DNA of 64,000 nt from the NCBI GenBank assembly GCA_027623015.1, contig JAQBVR010000001.1:14773-78772 (forward strand), given 5' to 3'. Below are positions 63,371 through 64,000 of the stretch, one piece after another. The position numbers and the translations under genes are program-made. How positions within the stretch are numbered: the first letter of the stretch is position 1; the number at the start of each line of letters is the position of its first letter. The notes below the pieces were generated by a model that was not told where the DNA came from, did no database searches, and saw only the letters and a list, made by a program, of their open reading frames with translations. This DNA is from a bacterium (GTDB taxonomy: Bacteria > Patescibacteriota > Gracilibacteria > Peribacterales > Peribacteraceae).

Positions 63371-64000
63371 TCAGGTAGCCATCTTCGCCAATTTCAGGAC
63401 TTCTTGATATTTGGTAGAGAGTTGAGCCTCATCGCCAAATCTTCCTTCTGCTTTTGCCTTTGCTAGTTCCTTGGCAATCTCCTTCTGTTTATGCTGTAGA
63501 ATGTTGCGATTCGCTACTGTGCAATTTTTTTTGAGTTCACGTTGAGCTGTGGATTCAGACCAATCTGACATATCATGATTTTCACAATACAAAAGAAGTA
63601 TACCTACACGCTCTGCGTCTTCCCCTTCAAGTCCAAGTGTTTCTGCAGTAAACAGCTTTAGATCTTCTGGTGCACTTTTTATTGCTTCATATAGCACAGC
63701 ACTAAATCCCTCATCTGGTGGTAAAAGCTTCTCTATCATACTGCGCAATGTTGGATAGAGGAGAAAGATGCCCATGACGACTTCTGTTGCGGATAAGTGT
63801 TTCTTCTTTTCTGCCTGACGTTCACTACTTGTTGGCTCTACATATGTTGGAAAGATCTGCTTCTGCTGTAGTCTTTCGAGATCTTCTTTTAGCGCAGTCT
63901 CGCTAGTTTGTAAAACACCAGCGGCTTTTGTGAAGTAATGTTCACGTTCTACAGAAGTTGGAATCGACTCCATCAGCGGATATAAGATTTTCATAGCATC
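63371..64000 (-). CDS. dnaG: Probable DNA primase DnaG, C-terminal region (5' end outside window)
   Basis: The frame is open to the window edge. The position immediately upstream of rpoD matches the widespread dnaG-rpoD arrangement. The helical C-terminal sequence has little diagnostic conservation, so this call rests mainly on synteny. Confidence 0.5.
   Translation of the reverse strand, partial: DAMKILYPLMESIPTSVEREHYFTKAAGVLQTSETALKEDLERLQQKQIFPTYVEPTSSERQAEKKKHLSATEVVMGIFLLYPTLRSMIEKLLPPDEGFSAVLYEAIKSAPEDLKLFTAETLGLEGEDAERVGILLLYCENHDMSDWSESTAQRELKKNCTVANRNILQHKQKEIAKELAKAKAEGRFGDEAQLSTKYQEVLKLAKMAT

Overview
Gene-dense, moderately AT-rich bacterial chromosomal segment. It reads with the standard bacterial code: TAA, TAG and TGA all terminate conserved genes at the expected length. 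I count about 60 protein genes and 3 tRNAs (Leu-CAG, Leu-TAA, Tyr-GTA, all class II). I found no rRNA, CRISPR array, transposase or integrase. Housekeeping genes: tsaD (partial), groES-groEL behind a CIRCE operator, tmk, folD, purF, purD, a BT1 folate/biopterin-type transporter, prfA, mnmA, carB, greA, holA, ftsK, rdgB, a UvrD-type helicase fused to a PD-(D/E)XK nuclease, rpoD, and the 3' end of a probable dnaG. Envelope and accessory genes: PKD, SLH, Calx-beta, cohesin, dockerin and FN3 surface proteins; a sortase; O-antigen-ligase-like and GT-C-like membrane enzymes; an NRS/ER-type rhamnose-pathway reductase; DsbB/BdbC; VIT1; EamA; a MacAB/HlyD-type ABC efflux set; and two DUF378 genes. Tiny spacers, convergent genes sharing stop codons, Gram-positive-style surface anchoring, patchy nucleotide biosynthesis and many orphan genes resemble Candidate Phyla Radiation (Patescibacteria) genomes, possibly Peregrinibacteria-like. 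That placement is inference only. The most unusual items are: (1) all three class II tRNA genes are preceded by GC-rich hairpins of one covarying family, and at both tRNA-Leu loci these sit in tandem modules that each end in a copy of the first 6-13 nt of the tRNA; (2) a 1022-aa sigma-70 paralogue with a ~340-aa N-terminal extension, a ~300-aa insertion between regions 1.2 and 2, and a ~120-aa insertion splitting region 4, alongside a canonical rpoD; (3) a dockerin-only gene, a cohesin-FN3 gene and an amicyanin-like protein with all four copper ligands replaced, the last two ending in [DE]TG-TM-basic sorting signals, with a sortase 8 kb away; (4) a membrane-tethered Clp/Hsp100-type ATPase with a dead first AAA+ module, translationally coupled to a small polytopic membrane protein; (5) many genes whose -10 box lies 6-9 nt from the start codon with no Shine-Dalgarno, suggesting leaderless mRNAs; (6) 7-nt and 9-nt phased tandem repeats filling several intergenic spacers. 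All functional calls come from reading motifs by eye. No database search was possible.
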